Shown here piece after piece: positions 51,542-62,865 of a stretch of 64,000 nucleotides of DNA. This DNA is from Spirochaetia bacterium (lineage in GTDB: Bacteria; Spirochaetota; Spirochaetia; SZUA-6; Bin103): contig OZ241907.1 of NCBI GenBank assembly GCA_965203515.1, positions 3,040,001 to 3,104,000 on the forward strand, read 5' to 3'. The stretch's first letter is position 1, and each line of letters begins with the position of its first letter. The notes under the pieces are model-generated. The model saw only the letters and a list, made by a program, of their open reading frames with translations. It made no database searches and had not been told where the DNA came from. The translations under genes were made by a program, and so were the position numbers.

Positions 51542-53086
51542 TCAGGCGCGCTCCACCTGGAAGGCGGCCACGTTGCGGGTCTCCTTGCTGAACTCCACGC
51601 CGATCAGGTAGATCGGCTGCCCCCGGCCGCGGTACTTGTCGGCGTAGCGCCACGCCCGCAACTGCGCCAGCGCGGCGCCTTCCGGCTCCAGCTCCACCAC
51701 CTTGAACTCGAACAGGTAGACCGCGCCGTTGAACCGCACGGTCAGGTCGACGCGCCCGCGGCTGCTCGCGTCCTCCACCGTGAGGTCGAGCTCCAGGCCC
51801 GCGAAGTAGGAGTAGAACACGCTGGCGTAGAAGCCTTCGTAGGCGGCGATGTCGTTGTTCGTGTACCACTGGTACGGGATGCTGGCGAAGAACGCCTCGA
51901 ACAGCTCCTTGAGCCCGGCAAAGTCGTTCGCCTGCAGCAGGTCGTAGAGCCGGGCGCTGTGCTCCACGCGCCGGGCCGGGTCGCCGGTCAGCCGGTTCAG
52001 CAGGCTTTCGTTCAGACTTTGCCGCACCTCCAGGTTCGGGTAGCCCAGCCGATACCAGGTGCGGTTCCCGCGCCGCTCGGTGCGGCGGATCGTCAGGTAG
52101 CCGGTCTGGAACAGCAGCGCCTCGGTGCCGACGTGGCCGACGTCGAACGCCGACAGCAGGTCGTCGCTGCCCAACATGTCGTCCAGGGCCAGGGCGCTCA
52201 CCTTGCGCGCGACCAGGGTGTCGACCAGGAAGGTGGGCGTCGCCGTCTCGAACCACCAGGCGTTGAACTCCCGGTTGCGAAACAGCAGCAGGATGTCGAA
52301 CGGGTTGTAGACCCGCTGCTCCCCGCGCCAGTTGTAGCCGTCGTACCAGGCGCGAATCGCCTGCCGGTCCAGGCCGGCGAGCTCGGCCGCGAACACCGTG
52401 TCCAGGTCGGCATCGGTGTAGCCGCAGATCGCCGCGTAGCGCGGGTCGAGCGTGATGTCGGTCAGGTTGTTCAGGCCGGAGAGCAGGCTCGCCTTGGAGA
52501 ACTTGCTGACCCCGGTGAGGAAGGCGAACCGGAGGTCCGCGTCGCAGGTCTTGATGGTCGCGTACAGGCCGCGCAGGTAGTCGCGGTTGGCGCGGGCGAT
52601 TTCCGGGGTCTCCAGCGCGTCCAGGATCGGCTTGTCGTACTCGTCGACCAGCACCACCACCGGCTGCTCCGCCTGCCGGCGCAACGCCCGGATCAGATGA
52701 CGGAAGCGGACCGGCGCCGTGGCGTAGCGCGGCGCGATGCCGGCGTCCTCGGCCACCGCCTCCAGTTGCGCCATCACGTCCTCGTGGAGACCGCCCGGCT
52801 CCAGGTAGCTGCCGCTCCCGAAGTCGAGCCGCACCACCGGATGCCGAACCGACCAGTCCCGGTCGTGGATCGCCAGCCCCCGGAACAGCGCCTCGTTGCC
52901 TTCGAACAGCTCCTTCAGCGTGTCGAGCAGCAGGCTCTTGCCGAAGCGCCGCGGCCGTGACAGGAAGTAGTGCTTGCCGCCGTCGACCAGCCGCCGGATC
53001 CAGGCGGTCTTGTCGACGTAGTAGCAGCCCTCCCGGCGGATCTCCCGGAACGTCTGGATGCCGATCGGCAATCCGCGCCTCGTCAT
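51542..53086 (-). CDS. AAA-ATPase-like domain + PD-(D/E)XK nuclease protein (third, divergent copy)
   Basis: LPIGIQTF, YVDKT, RPRRFGKS, LVDEYDKP, GRVDL..FEFK. Confidence 0.93.
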   Translation of the reverse strand: MTRRGLPIGIQTFREIRREGCYYVDKTAWIRRLVDGGKHYFLSRPRRFGKSLLLDTLKELFEGNEALFRGLAIHDRDWSVRHPVVRLDFGSGSYLEPGGLHEDVMAQLEAVAEDAGIAPRYATAPVRFRHLIRALRRQAEQPVVVLVDEYDKPILDALETPEIARANRDYLRGLYATIKTCDADLRFAFLTGVSKFSKASLLSGLNNLTDITLDPRYAAICGYTDADLDTVFAAELAGLDRQAIRAWYDGYNWRGEQRVYNPFDILLLFRNREFNAWWFETATPTFLVDTLVARKVSALALDDMLGSDDLLSAFDVGHVGTEALLFQTGYLTIRRTERRGNRTWYRLGYPNLEVRQSLNESLLNRLTGDPARRVEHSARLYDLLQANDFAGLKELFEAFFASIPYQWYTNNDIAAYEGFYASVFYSYFAGLELDLTVEDASSRGRVDLTVRFNGAVYLFEFKVVELEPEGAALAQLRAWRYADKYRGRGQPIYLIGVEFSKETRNVAAFQVERA

Positions 53087-53218
53087 GACCGCGTCGCTCG
53101 CACGGACCGTCTCCGGTACGCCCCCGCTCCCGCCACGTCGTCGACGAGCCCGTGCGATCTCTGAGCCTGCATCGGCTTGACCGCGAAGACAACCTGCCGC
53201 AACGCTGTCGGCATAATC

Positions 53219-53830
53219 GTGCCGCCGCTCTCCGCCCTGCATGACGGCCTGGACGCGCTCGGCCTGGATGCCGACGCCGGCGCGCTGGCGGCGTTCGTGG
53301 CCGAGCTCGAACGCTGGAACCGGGTCTACCGGTTCGTCAAGGCGGACCGCGAGCGGCTGGTCACCCACCACGTCCTGGACGGGCTGACGGCGGTCCCGCT
53401 GGTGCGGCGGTTCGGTCCGGCGGTCGCCGACCTGGGCTCCGGCGCCGGCCTGCCGGCGATCCCGCTGGCGATCGCCCTGCCGCGGCTCTCCTTCACGCTG
53501 ATCGAGCGCTCGGAAAAGCGCCGCGCGTTTCTCTTCTCGGTGGCGGCGCACCTGGGGCTGAGCAACGCGCGGGTCGTCGCGCACGCCGCCGGCGAGCGGT
53601 TCGACCTGGTCACCGCGCGCGCCGTCGCGCCGCTGCCGGAGCTGGCCGCCGCCGTGGCCCGCGAACGCCTGGCGCCGCGCCTGCTGGCCTGGGCCGGCAC
53701 GCGCGCGGCGATCGACGCGGCGCTGCCCGGATTGCCGTATCCTGCGGCCGTGCAGCGCGTCCGGGTGCCGGGACTGGCCGCCGAACGCCACTTGGTGACC
53801 GTCGAGCTGCCCGCCCGGGCCGGGCCGTGA
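53219..53830 (+). CDS. rsmG: 16S rRNA m7G527 methyltransferase
   Basis: HVLDGL, DLGSGAGLP, KRRAFL, FDLVTARAV; start uncertain (53177-53219). Confidence 0.85.
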   Translation: MPPLSALHDGLDALGLDADAGALAAFVAELERWNRVYRFVKADRERLVTHHVLDGLTAVPLVRRFGPAVADLGSGAGLPAIPLAIALPRLSFTLIERSEKRRAFLFSVAAHLGLSNARVVAHAAGERFDLVTARAVAPLPELAAAVARERLAPRLLAWAGTRAAIDAALPGLPYPAAVQRVRVPGLAAERHLVTVELPARAGP

Positions 53831-54645
53831 GCATCTTCGAAGCGCTGGGACTGGGGTTGCTGCAGGGCGCGACCGAGTTCCTGCCGATCTCCAGCTCCGG
53901 CCACCTGATCGCAGCGCGGGCATGGCTGGGGATCGAGGAGCCGCCGCTGCTGTTCGACGTGTCGCTGCACGTCGCCACGCTCCTGGTGATCTGCTACCGG
54001 TTCCGCGCCCGCTTGGCCGCGCTGGCGCGCGCCGCGGCGCTGCTGGTCACCGGGCGGACGGCGGCGGCCGACCGCGGCGACCTGCAATTGCTGGCGGCGA
54101 TCGTGACCGCCTCCGCGGCCACCGCGGTCGTCGGCCTGGCGGTCAGCCGCTTCCTGCTCCCGTCGGCCCGTACGCTCACCGCCGTCTCCGCCGCGTTCAT
54201 CGCCACCGCCGTCCTCCTGCTCGCCACCCGACTGCGGGCGAAGGCCCCGCCAAGCGCCCGCCAGCCCGGCGCCCGCCAGCCGGCCCTGTGGCTGGCGATC
54301 GCGGTCGGCATCGCGCAGGGGATCGCCGTCCTGCCGGGTATCTCGCGCGCCGGCGCCACCGTCGCCGTCTGCCTGTTCGGCGGAATGGACCGCCGCGGCG
54401 CCGGCGAGTTTGCCTTTCTGGTATCGGTGCCGGCGGTGCTGGGGGCGCTGGCGCTGAGCCTCGACGACGCCGGCGGCCTGTTCCGGGCGACCGGCGCCGC
54501 GGCGCTGGCGACCGGATTCGCCGCCGCGCTGCTGATGGGGGCGCTCTGCCTGAGCGCCCTGCTGGCGGTCCTGCGCCGCGACCGGCTGGCGTGGTTCGCG
54601 GCCTACCTGCTGCCGCTCGGCGCCGCCGGCCTGCTGCTGCGCTAG
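53827..54645 (+). CDS. uppP: Undecaprenyl-diphosphate phosphatase
   Basis: QGATEFLPISSSGHL, QGIAVLPGISRAG. Confidence 0.93.
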   Translation: MSIFEALGLGLLQGATEFLPISSSGHLIAARAWLGIEEPPLLFDVSLHVATLLVICYRFRARLAALARAAALLVTGRTAAADRGDLQLLAAIVTASAATAVVGLAVSRFLLPSARTLTAVSAAFIATAVLLLATRLRAKAPPSARQPGARQPALWLAIAVGIAQGIAVLPGISRAGATVAVCLFGGMDRRGAGEFAFLVSVPAVLGALALSLDDAGGLFRATGAAALATGFAAALLMGALCLSALLAVLRRDRLAWFAAYLLPLGAAGLLLR

Positions 54646-54724
54646 GCCAGGCCAGGCTGGCCGCCGAACGCCTCGACTTCAGCCGCCGCCGCCGGTCTGC
54701 CGATAAGGCAGGTGAGGAGGCGGG

Positions 54725-57049
54725 GTGGCTACGCACGATCCGACGCCCGCGCGCGTCAGCTTGATGGAACGGATGCCGGAGTGGTCCAACTGGGCCCTGG
54801 CGATCGCTGCCGCGGTGATGGCCAGCGTGTTGTGCCTGTCGACGGTGCTGGAAGCGTTTTCCGGCGAACAGCTCCGGCAGCAGCCGGGCGCCGTGCTGCT
54901 GCTCGCTCCCGGAGCGTTCCTGATACGCAGCCTGAGCTGGGCGGCGATGCTGGTGCCGCTCTACCTGTACGCGGTCGCCTATGCGGTCGGCCGGCCGTCC
55001 GATCAGCGCGTGCCGAGCCTGCACATGGCGTTGCCGGTGGCCGTGCTCATCATCCCGATCGCCGCCTCCCTGTCGCACATCCTGACCATGGCCGAGCCGC
55101 CGCCGTTTCCCGCCGCGCTCGTCGGCGCCATGGGGCGGCCCACCAGCGTGCTGCTGCTGTTCGTGCTGCTGCTGACGGCCGGCGCCGCGGTGGTGCTGCT
55201 GAGCGGCATCTCCCGGAAGCTGGGCATACCGGTGGCGCTGCTGGCGCCGCCCGAACCGCTCCGCGACGAGCCCGCCGCAGAGCCGCCGCCCGAACCCGAG
55301 CCGGCCCCCGAGCCGGTCGATCGATACGACGGGGCGAAGATCCTGCAGAGCCGGGAGCCCTTCATGGCGATCCTGGCCGCAGCGACGCCGGCCGCGGCGC
55401 CGGCGGCCTCCGCAGAGCCGGGGACGTCAGAGCCCCCGGCGCCGTCCGAGCCACCGACACCGCCCGAGCCACCGACACCGCCCGAGCCACCGGCGCCGTT
55501 CGAAGCCCCGGCGCCGCCCGAGCCACCGGCGCCGCCCGAAGCCCCGGCGCCGCCCGGCCCGGCGGTACGCCCGGCTCCCCGCCGCGCCGCCTCCCGCACC
55601 GGCGCCGGCCGCAACGGGACCGCGCACGACTCGCCGGCGCCGGCCGACGGCGGCTACCACGTGCCGATCGACCGACTGCTGGACGAGCACTACAACCGCC
55701 CCGACGCCGAGCTGCAGGCCGAAGCGGAACAGAACGCCGTGGTGCTCAAGGAGACGCTGCAGGAGTTCCGCATCAGCGCCGAGGTGACCGGCATCAGCCG
55801 CGGGCCGGCGATCACGATGTACGAGATCCTGCCCGCCGCCGGCGTGAAGCTCTCCTCGATCGTCAACCTGGCCGACAACATCGCGCTGCAGCTCGCCGCC
55901 TCGCGCGTGCGCATCGTCGCTCCGATCCCCGGCAAGCACGCGGTCGGCATCGAGGTGCCCAACCGCTCCCGCGCCATCGTCGGCTTCCGCACCCTCCTCG
56001 AGCACAAGGACTTCCGCGCCGCGTCGACCAAGCTGCCGATCGGCCTGGGACAGGGGATCTCCGGCGAGTGCCAGATCGTCGACCTGGCGCAGACGCCGCA
56101 CCTGCTGATCGCCGGCGCGACCGGATCGGGCAAGTCGGTGTGCGTCAACTCGATCATCTGCTCCCTGATCTGCGCGCGCACGCCGGAGCAGCTCCGCCTG
56201 CTGCTCATCGACCCCAAGATCGTCGAGCTCAAGTTCTACAACGACATCCCGCACCTGCTGACGCCGGTGATCACCGAATCGAAGCGCGCGTTCCAGGCGC
56301 TCCAGTACTGCCTGTTCGAGATGGAGCGGCGCTACTCCCTGCTCGACGAGGTCGGCGTCCGCGACATCACCTCCTTCAACCGCAAGGCCGCCGAGCAGCT
56401 CCCCTACATCGTCATCATCATCGACGAGTTGGCCGACCTGATGGCCACCAGCGGCAAGGAGCTGGAAGCGACCCTGGCGCGGCTGGCGGCCATGGCGCGC
56501 GCGGTCGGCATGCACATCGTGCTGGCCACGCAGCGGCCGTCGATCGACGTCATCACCGGCCTGATCAAGGCCAACATTCCGTCGCGCATCGCCTTCATGG
56601 TCGCCAGCAAGTTCGACTCGCGCATCATCATCGACGGCGTCGGCGCGGAGAAGCTGCTCGGCCGCGGCGACATGCTGTTCGCATCGGCCTGGGACCCGGC
56701 GCCGGTGCGCATCCAGGGCGCGTTTCTCTCCGACGAAGAGGTCGAGGCGGTCGCCGATCACGTCCGCACGCTCGGCGAGCCCGACTACGTCGACGAGGAC
56801 GTGCTGTTCGAGGAGGAGGAGCTGGACGGGCCGATCGCCGAAGGGAGCGACGATCCGGTCATGGAGCAGGCGCTCGACATCGTGCTGTCGGCCGGCAAGG
56901 CGTCCGCCTCCTACCTGCAGCGCAAGCTCAAGATCGGCTACAACCGCGCCGCGCGGCTGGTCGAGGAGATGGAAGCGCGCGGCATCGTCGGCCCGTCGCA
57001 GGGCAGCAAGGCGCGCGAGGTCGTGCACGTCCCCAGCCGTTCCGATTGA
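54725..57049 (+). CDS. ftsK: DNA translocase FtsK
   Basis: N-terminal TM segments, PHLLIAGATGSGKS, IDELADLM, LATQRPS, LQRKLKIGYNRAARL. Confidence 0.96.
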   Translation: MATHDPTPARVSLMERMPEWSNWALAIAAAVMASVLCLSTVLEAFSGEQLRQQPGAVLLLAPGAFLIRSLSWAAMLVPLYLYAVAYAVGRPSDQRVPSLHMALPVAVLIIPIAASLSHILTMAEPPPFPAALVGAMGRPTSVLLLFVLLLTAGAAVVLLSGISRKLGIPVALLAPPEPLRDEPAAEPPPEPEPAPEPVDRYDGAKILQSREPFMAILAAATPAAAPAASAEPGTSEPPAPSEPPTPPEPPTPPEPPAPFEAPAPPEPPAPPEAPAPPGPAVRPAPRRAASRTGAGRNGTAHDSPAPADGGYHVPIDRLLDEHYNRPDAELQAEAEQNAVVLKETLQEFRISAEVTGISRGPAITMYEILPAAGVKLSSIVNLADNIALQLAASRVRIVAPIPGKHAVGIEVPNRSRAIVGFRTLLEHKDFRAASTKLPIGLGQGISGECQIVDLAQTPHLLIAGATGSGKSVCVNSIICSLICARTPEQLRLLLIDPKIVELKFYNDIPHLLTPVITESKRAFQALQYCLFEMERRYSLLDEVGVRDITSFNRKAAEQLPYIVIIIDELADLMATSGKELEATLARLAAMARAVGMHIVLATQRPSIDVITGLIKANIPSRIAFMVASKFDSRIIIDGVGAEKLLGRGDMLFASAWDPAPVRIQGAFLSDEEVEAVADHVRTLGEPDYVDEDVLFEEEELDGPIAEGSDDPVMEQALDIVLSAGKASASYLQRKLKIGYNRAARLVEEMEARGIVGPSQGSKAREVVHVPSRSD
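55430..55555 (+). repeat. Seven 18-bp tandem repeats in the FtsK linker
   Basis: EPPAPS/EPPTPP/EPPTPP/EPPAPF/EAPAPP/EPPAPP/EAPAPP. Confidence 0.85.
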
Positions 57050-57070
57050 CCGCGGCCGCCGCCGCGGCGG

Positions 57071-57523
57071 TCAGCTCGACGAGGGGTCGGCCGGCAAGAA
57101 GAAGGTCGCCTGCGCCTCCGCGATCGTCGCGCCGCCGGCGGCGAGCCGCGCCGCGGCGGTGACCACGCGCCGCCGCTCGGAGAGGATGCGCCCGGTCGCC
57201 TCCACCGCCGTGCCGACCCGCACCGGTCGCCGGAAGCGGACCGAGATCTCGCCCGTGAAGCCGTGCAACCCCTTGCCGGCGCAGGCGTGCGCCATGGTCT
57301 CGTCGAGCACCATGGCCAACAGACCGCCGTGCACGACGTCCTTCCAGCCGGTGAAGTGAGCGGGGATGACGAACGAGGCGGCCGCCTCGCCGGGTTGCGG
57401 ATAGCGAAAGCGGAGCTTGAGTCCCTGCGCGTTGGACTCCCCGCAACAGAAGCAGTGCGGATCGAGGGTGGGCGGATCGAGAGCGGGCGGATCGACGGCG
57501 GGCCGGGCGGTCACGGGTCGCAT
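57071..57523 (-). CDS. PaaI family thioesterase
   Basis: CFCCG..N..GL, VVHGGLLAMVLDE. Confidence 0.88.
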   Translation of the reverse strand: MRPVTARPAVDPPALDPPTLDPHCFCCGESNAQGLKLRFRYPQPGEAAASFVIPAHFTGWKDVVHGGLLAMVLDETMAHACAGKGLHGFTGEISVRFRRPVRVGTAVEATGRILSERRRVVTAAARLAAGGATIAEAQATFFLPADPSSS

Positions 57524-57613
57524 GGCGGTAGCATACGCCGGCCGTTTGGCTGATACTCGCAGGCGGACCGGCGTTCGCGCGCGGCGGGGCGCCGGGCGAG
57601 GAGTCGGCACGAC

Positions 57614-58477
57614 ATGGGCGCAGCGATCGAGGTCCGCGATCTGAAGTACTCCTATGGCGACATCCGGGCGGTGCGCGGGATCAGCTTCGAGGTGGCCGCC
57701 GGCGAGGTGCTCGGCTTCCTGGGGCCCAACGGCGCCGGCAAGTCGACCACGATCCGCATCCTGATCGGCCGCATGCGCCCGCAATCCGGCGCCGCGCGCG
57801 TGCTGGGCGCCGACGTGACCGCCGACGATCCGGCGATGCAGGCGCGCATCGGCGTCTGCTTCGAGGAGAAGAACCTCTACGAGTCGATGACGGCCGAGGA
57901 GAACCTGCGCTTCTTCGCCAGCCTGTTCGGCATCAGACGTCTCGACCCGGCCCCGCTGCTGGCGCGCGTGGGGTTGGCCGACCGCGCCTGCGACCGCGTC
58001 GGCAAGTACTCCAAGGGGATGCGGCAGCGGCTGATGATCGCCCGCGCGCTGGTCAACGCTCCCGACGTGCTGTTCCTGGACGAGCCGACCGACGGTCTGG
58101 ACCCGGTCTCCGCCGCCGCCATCCGCCGCCTGATCCGGGAGGAGGCGGCGCGCGGCGCGGCGGTCCTACTGACCACGCACGACATGCACGAGGCGGACGA
58201 GCTCTCCGACCGCGTGGCGTTCATCAACGAGGGCGCGCTGTACGCGGTCGATACGCCCGAGTCGCTCAAGCTGCGCCACGGCACCCGGTCGGCGCGGGTG
58301 CAGGTGCGCCGCGACGACGGCGCGTTGATCGAACGCCGCATAGACCTGGACGCCGACGGGGCGGACGAGGCGCTGCGCGCCGCGCTCAACGCGCCGGAGC
58401 TGGTCACCGTGCACACCGAAGAGGCATCGCTGGAGGCGATCTTCATCGAGATGACCGGCCGGCAGCTCGCCGGATGA
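57614..58477 (+). CDS. ABC-2 exporter ATP-binding protein
   Basis: GPNGAGKST, YSKGMRQR, LDEPTDGLDP. Confidence 0.92.
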   Translation: MGAAIEVRDLKYSYGDIRAVRGISFEVAAGEVLGFLGPNGAGKSTTIRILIGRMRPQSGAARVLGADVTADDPAMQARIGVCFEEKNLYESMTAEENLRFFASLFGIRRLDPAPLLARVGLADRACDRVGKYSKGMRQRLMIARALVNAPDVLFLDEPTDGLDPVSAAAIRRLIREEAARGAAVLLTTHDMHEADELSDRVAFINEGALYAVDTPESLKLRHGTRSARVQVRRDDGALIERRIDLDADGADEALRAALNAPELVTVHTEEASLEAIFIEMTGRQLAG

Positions 58478-59658
58478 CCCGCACCGTGTCCCGGCCGGCG
58501 ATCATCGGCGCGATCATCGCCAAGGACGCCCGCGAGTACGTGCGCGACCGCCTGTGGCTGTTCCTGACCGCGCTCTCGCTGGCGTTTCTGATCGTGGTCT
58601 TCTGGCTGCTGCCGAATCGCGTGAACGAATCGATCGCCGTGGGCGTCAGCGGCATCGACGCGGCGGCCGTTCGGGCCGCCAGCGGCGCCGGCGGCGAGGC
58701 GGGGCTGCAGGTGATCCCATTCCCGGACGCCGACGGCCTGCGGGCGGTCGTGGCCGGCGATCGCGCGGCGTGGCGCGATGAGTCCGGCCGGCTGACGGTC
58801 GCGCGGAGCGCGGACCGGCAGGCGCCGCGCGGCGCGGAGGCGGTGCGGGTGGCGATCGGCCTGACGTTTCCCGATCGATTCTTCGCCGACCTGCAGGCCG
58901 GGCGGCGCGCCGCGGTCGAAGTCCTGGTCGACGCCGGCGTGCCGGAGGAGCTGCGCGCGGCGATGTCCGCCCTGGTCCGCGAGCTGGCGTACGCGGTCGC
59001 CGGCGCGCCGCTGCCGGTGAGCATCCCGGACCCGCAGACGCTCTACACGGTCGTGGGCGAAGATCGGGTCGGCTCCCAGGTGACCGCTCGGGAGCTGTTT
59101 CGGCCGATCGTCGTGGTCATGGTCCTGCTCATGGAGCTGTTCGGCATGTCGTCGCTGATCTCCCGCGAGCTGCATGCCGGCACCGCCGCGGCCCTGCTGG
59201 TCACGCCGGCCACGGCCGCCGACCTGCTGGCCGCCAAGTGGCTCACCGGCATCGCGCTGGGGCTGGCGCAGGGCGTGGTGCTGCTGGCCGCCATCGGGCT
59301 GTGGTCGACGGAGCCGCTGCTGCTGGCGACGCTGATGGTCGCCGGCGCGGCGCTGGTATCCAGCGCGGCGATGATCGCCGGGTGCATCGGCCGGGACATG
59401 ATGGCCAACCTGCTCGGCGGGCTGGTCTTCATGGTGCCGATGATGATTCCGGCGATGGCGGCGCTGTTTCCGGGCAGCGCCTCAGCGTGGGTTCGCGTGC
59501 TGCCGACCTGGCCGCTGGTGCGGGCGTTGATCGACGTGACCGCGCACGGCGCCCGCTGGGCCGACGCCGCCGGCCATCTGGGCCTGTCGCTGGCCTGGGC
59601 GGCCGCCTTCTTCACGGCCGGCTGGCTGGTCCTGCGGCGGCGGGTACGCTCCGCATGA
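58474..59658 (+). CDS. ABC-2 exporter permease
   Basis: N-terminal TM, extracytoplasmic loop, LLVTPA..LAAK, further TM segments. Confidence 0.85.
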   Translation: MTRTVSRPAIIGAIIAKDAREYVRDRLWLFLTALSLAFLIVVFWLLPNRVNESIAVGVSGIDAAAVRAASGAGGEAGLQVIPFPDADGLRAVVAGDRAAWRDESGRLTVARSADRQAPRGAEAVRVAIGLTFPDRFFADLQAGRRAAVEVLVDAGVPEELRAAMSALVRELAYAVAGAPLPVSIPDPQTLYTVVGEDRVGSQVTARELFRPIVVVMVLLMELFGMSSLISRELHAGTAAALLVTPATAADLLAAKWLTGIALGLAQGVVLLAAIGLWSTEPLLLATLMVAGAALVSSAAMIAGCIGRDMMANLLGGLVFMVPMMIPAMAALFPGSASAWVRVLPTWPLVRALIDVTAHGARWADAAGHLGLSLAWAAAFFTAGWLVLRRRVRSA

Positions 59659-59698
59659 GATCATCGGTACGCCGCATGAGCGGCAGGAGGGCGCTGCG

Positions 59699-60763
59699 AT
59701 GAACCTGAACCGCGTGCTGTCGATCCTGGGCAAGGACCTGCGGCTCGGCCCCCGCTCGCCGATGGTCCTGTACGGGCTGCTGGTGCCGTTCGTGCTGACC
59801 GCGCTGATCCAAGTCGTGTTCGGATCGCTGTTCGACCCGCAGCCGCGGCTCGGCATCGTCGATCGGGGCGCCTCCGGGATCACCGCCGCGCTGGCCGGGG
59901 CCGGCGGCATCGAGCTCTCCCGCCTCGATGACGAGGAAGAGCTGCGCAGCCGCCTCGCCTCCCACGACCTGGACGCGGGGCTGGTGCTGTCGGCGGACTT
60001 CGACGACCGCGTGCGGGCCGGCGCGCGACCGCCGCTGGAGCTCTTCGTGGGCGGGCAGGCGCGCGCCGCCGACCGGATCGTCCTGGCCGTCACGGCGCTC
60101 GACCTGATCCGCCGGGTGGAAGGATCGCCGCCGCCGGTGGAGGTGACCGTCACCCCCCTCGGCTCGACCGCCGTGCCGATCGCCGCGCGCCTGACGCCGC
60201 TGCTGGTGATGTACGCGCTGATCATCGTCGGCGTCTACCTGCCGGCGCTGAGCCTGGCCGAGGAGCAGGCGCACGGGACGCTGCTGGCGCTGTCGGTGAC
60301 GCCGGCCCGGCTGGGCGAGGTGGTGGCGGCCAAGGGGATCGCCGGCTTCGTGCTGGGCGGGATCATGTCGCTGGTCACCCTGTGGCTCAACGGCGCGCTG
60401 CGCGGCGGCACGGTGCCGCTGGCGGCGGCGGTGCTGCTCGCCGCCGGGCTGTGCGCGCAGCTCGGGCTCATCTACGGGACGGCCGCCAAGGACCCGACCG
60501 CCCTGTACGCCCTGATGAAGGGGACCGGCTTCCTGCTGATCGGCCCGACCGTCTTCTACGTCTTCCCGCACTGGCCGCAGTGGATCCCCAAGCTGCTGCC
60601 GACCTACTGGATCATCAACCCGATCTTCGAGGTGACGCTGAACGGCGCCCGGTTCGACGACGTATGGGGCGAACTGGCCGCGGCGGCCGGCATCATCGCC
60701 GCCCTGTGCGTGCCGGTCGCGGCCCTCACCCGGCGCCTCTCCGCCCGGCTGGCGGCCGGCTGA
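59699..60763 (+). CDS. ABC-2 exporter permease
   Basis: EEQAHGTL..VTPA..AAK, LPTYW. Confidence 0.85.
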   Translation: MNLNRVLSILGKDLRLGPRSPMVLYGLLVPFVLTALIQVVFGSLFDPQPRLGIVDRGASGITAALAGAGGIELSRLDDEEELRSRLASHDLDAGLVLSADFDDRVRAGARPPLELFVGGQARAADRIVLAVTALDLIRRVEGSPPPVEVTVTPLGSTAVPIAARLTPLLVMYALIIVGVYLPALSLAEEQAHGTLLALSVTPARLGEVVAAKGIAGFVLGGIMSLVTLWLNGALRGGTVPLAAAVLLAAGLCAQLGLIYGTAAKDPTALYALMKGTGFLLIGPTVFYVFPHWPQWIPKLLPTYWIINPIFEVTLNGARFDDVWGELAAAAGIIAALCVPVAALTRRLSARLAAG

Positions 60764-60773
60764 ACCGGCTCCG

Positions 60774-61814
<1,041 letters not shown>

Positions 61815-61818
61815 CGGC

Positions 61819-62832
61819 TCAGCCACCCTCCGCATAGAGCGTACAGCGCACGTGATGCGCCGGTTCAACTTCCCGCAACGCGACTTCGGCCTGGCACGCG
61901 CGGGTCTTCCGCGCCGGACAGCGCGGATAGAACGCGCAGCCGGCGGGCACCGAGAAGGGGTCGGGGACGCTGCCCGGGATCGGCGCCAGGCGGCCCGGCA
62001 CGCCTCGGCCGACCTGCGGTATCGAACGCATCAACCCGACCGTGTACGGATGCAACGGGCGGTGGAACACGGTCCGTACGTCGCCGGCCTCCGCCACGCT
62101 GCCCATGTACATCACGGCGACCCGGTCGGCCATTTCGGCGATCACGCCCAGGTCGTGGGTAATCAGCAGGATCGCCATGCCCAGGTCCCGCTGCAGCGCC
62201 TTCATCAGCTCCAGGATCTGCGCCTGGATGGTGACGTCGAGCGCGGTGGTCGGCTCGTCGGCGATCAGCAGCGACGGATTGCAGGAGAGCGCCATGGCGA
62301 TCATGGCGCGCTGCCGCATGCCGCCGGAGAACTGGTGCGGGTAGCCGGCCAGCCGTTGTTCCGGCATGCCGATGCCGACCTGCCGCATCAGCTCGACCGC
62401 GCGCTCGCGCGCCGCGGCCTTGTCCGCCGCCTGATGGAGCCGCACCGTCTCTTCGATCTGATTGCCGATGGTGTGCACCGGCGACAGCGACGTGAGCGGC
62501 TCCTGGAAGATCATGGCGATCTCGTTACCGCGTATCTCCCGGATCAGGTCGCCGTTGGCGTCCAGCGCCGCCATGTCGACCGGCGGCCTCCCGTCGCGCC
62601 GATCGAACAGGATGCGGCCGCCCACGATGCGGCCGGTCCGGCGCGGCAGCAGCCGCAGCACGGAGAACGCCGTCACGCTCTTGCCGCAGCCGGACTCCCC
62701 CACCACGCCCAGCGTCTTGCCGGGATGCACCTCCAGCGACACGCCGTCCACCGCGCGCACCACGCCGTCGAGGGTCGTGAAGTGCGTTCGCAGCTCCTCG
62801 ATCCGCAGCAGCGGCCGCTCGCCGTTCGTCAC
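61819..62832 (-). CDS. Oligopeptide/dipeptide ABC ATPase (OppD/DppD-like)
   Basis: [31 protein letters not shown]. Confidence 0.92.
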   Translation of the reverse strand: MTNGERPLLRIEELRTHFTTLDGVVRAVDGVSLEVHPGKTLGVVGESGCGKSVTAFSVLRLLPRRTGRIVGGRILFDRRDGRPPVDMAALDANGDLIREIRGNEIAMIFQEPLTSLSPVHTIGNQIEETVRLHQAADKAAARERAVELMRQVGIGMPEQRLAGYPHQFSGGMRQRAMIAMALSCNPSLLIADEPTTALDVTIQAQILELMKALQRDLGMAILLITHDLGVIAEMADRVAVMYMGSVAEAGDVRTVFHRPLHPYTVGLMRSIPQVGRGVPGRLAPIPGSVPDPFSVPAGCAFYPRCPARKTRACQAEVALREVEPAHHVRCTLYAEGG

Positions 62833-62865
62833 CGACGCCGCCGGTCCCCGGACGCCGCCGCCCGT

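Noticed and set aside
50078..52960. 960-aa plus-strand ORF and similar long ORFs (42186-44399, 50205-53192, 54712-57162, 575-1561)
   Set aside because: Antisense or off-frame shadows of recognisable genes, expected in GC-rich DNA; no motifs.
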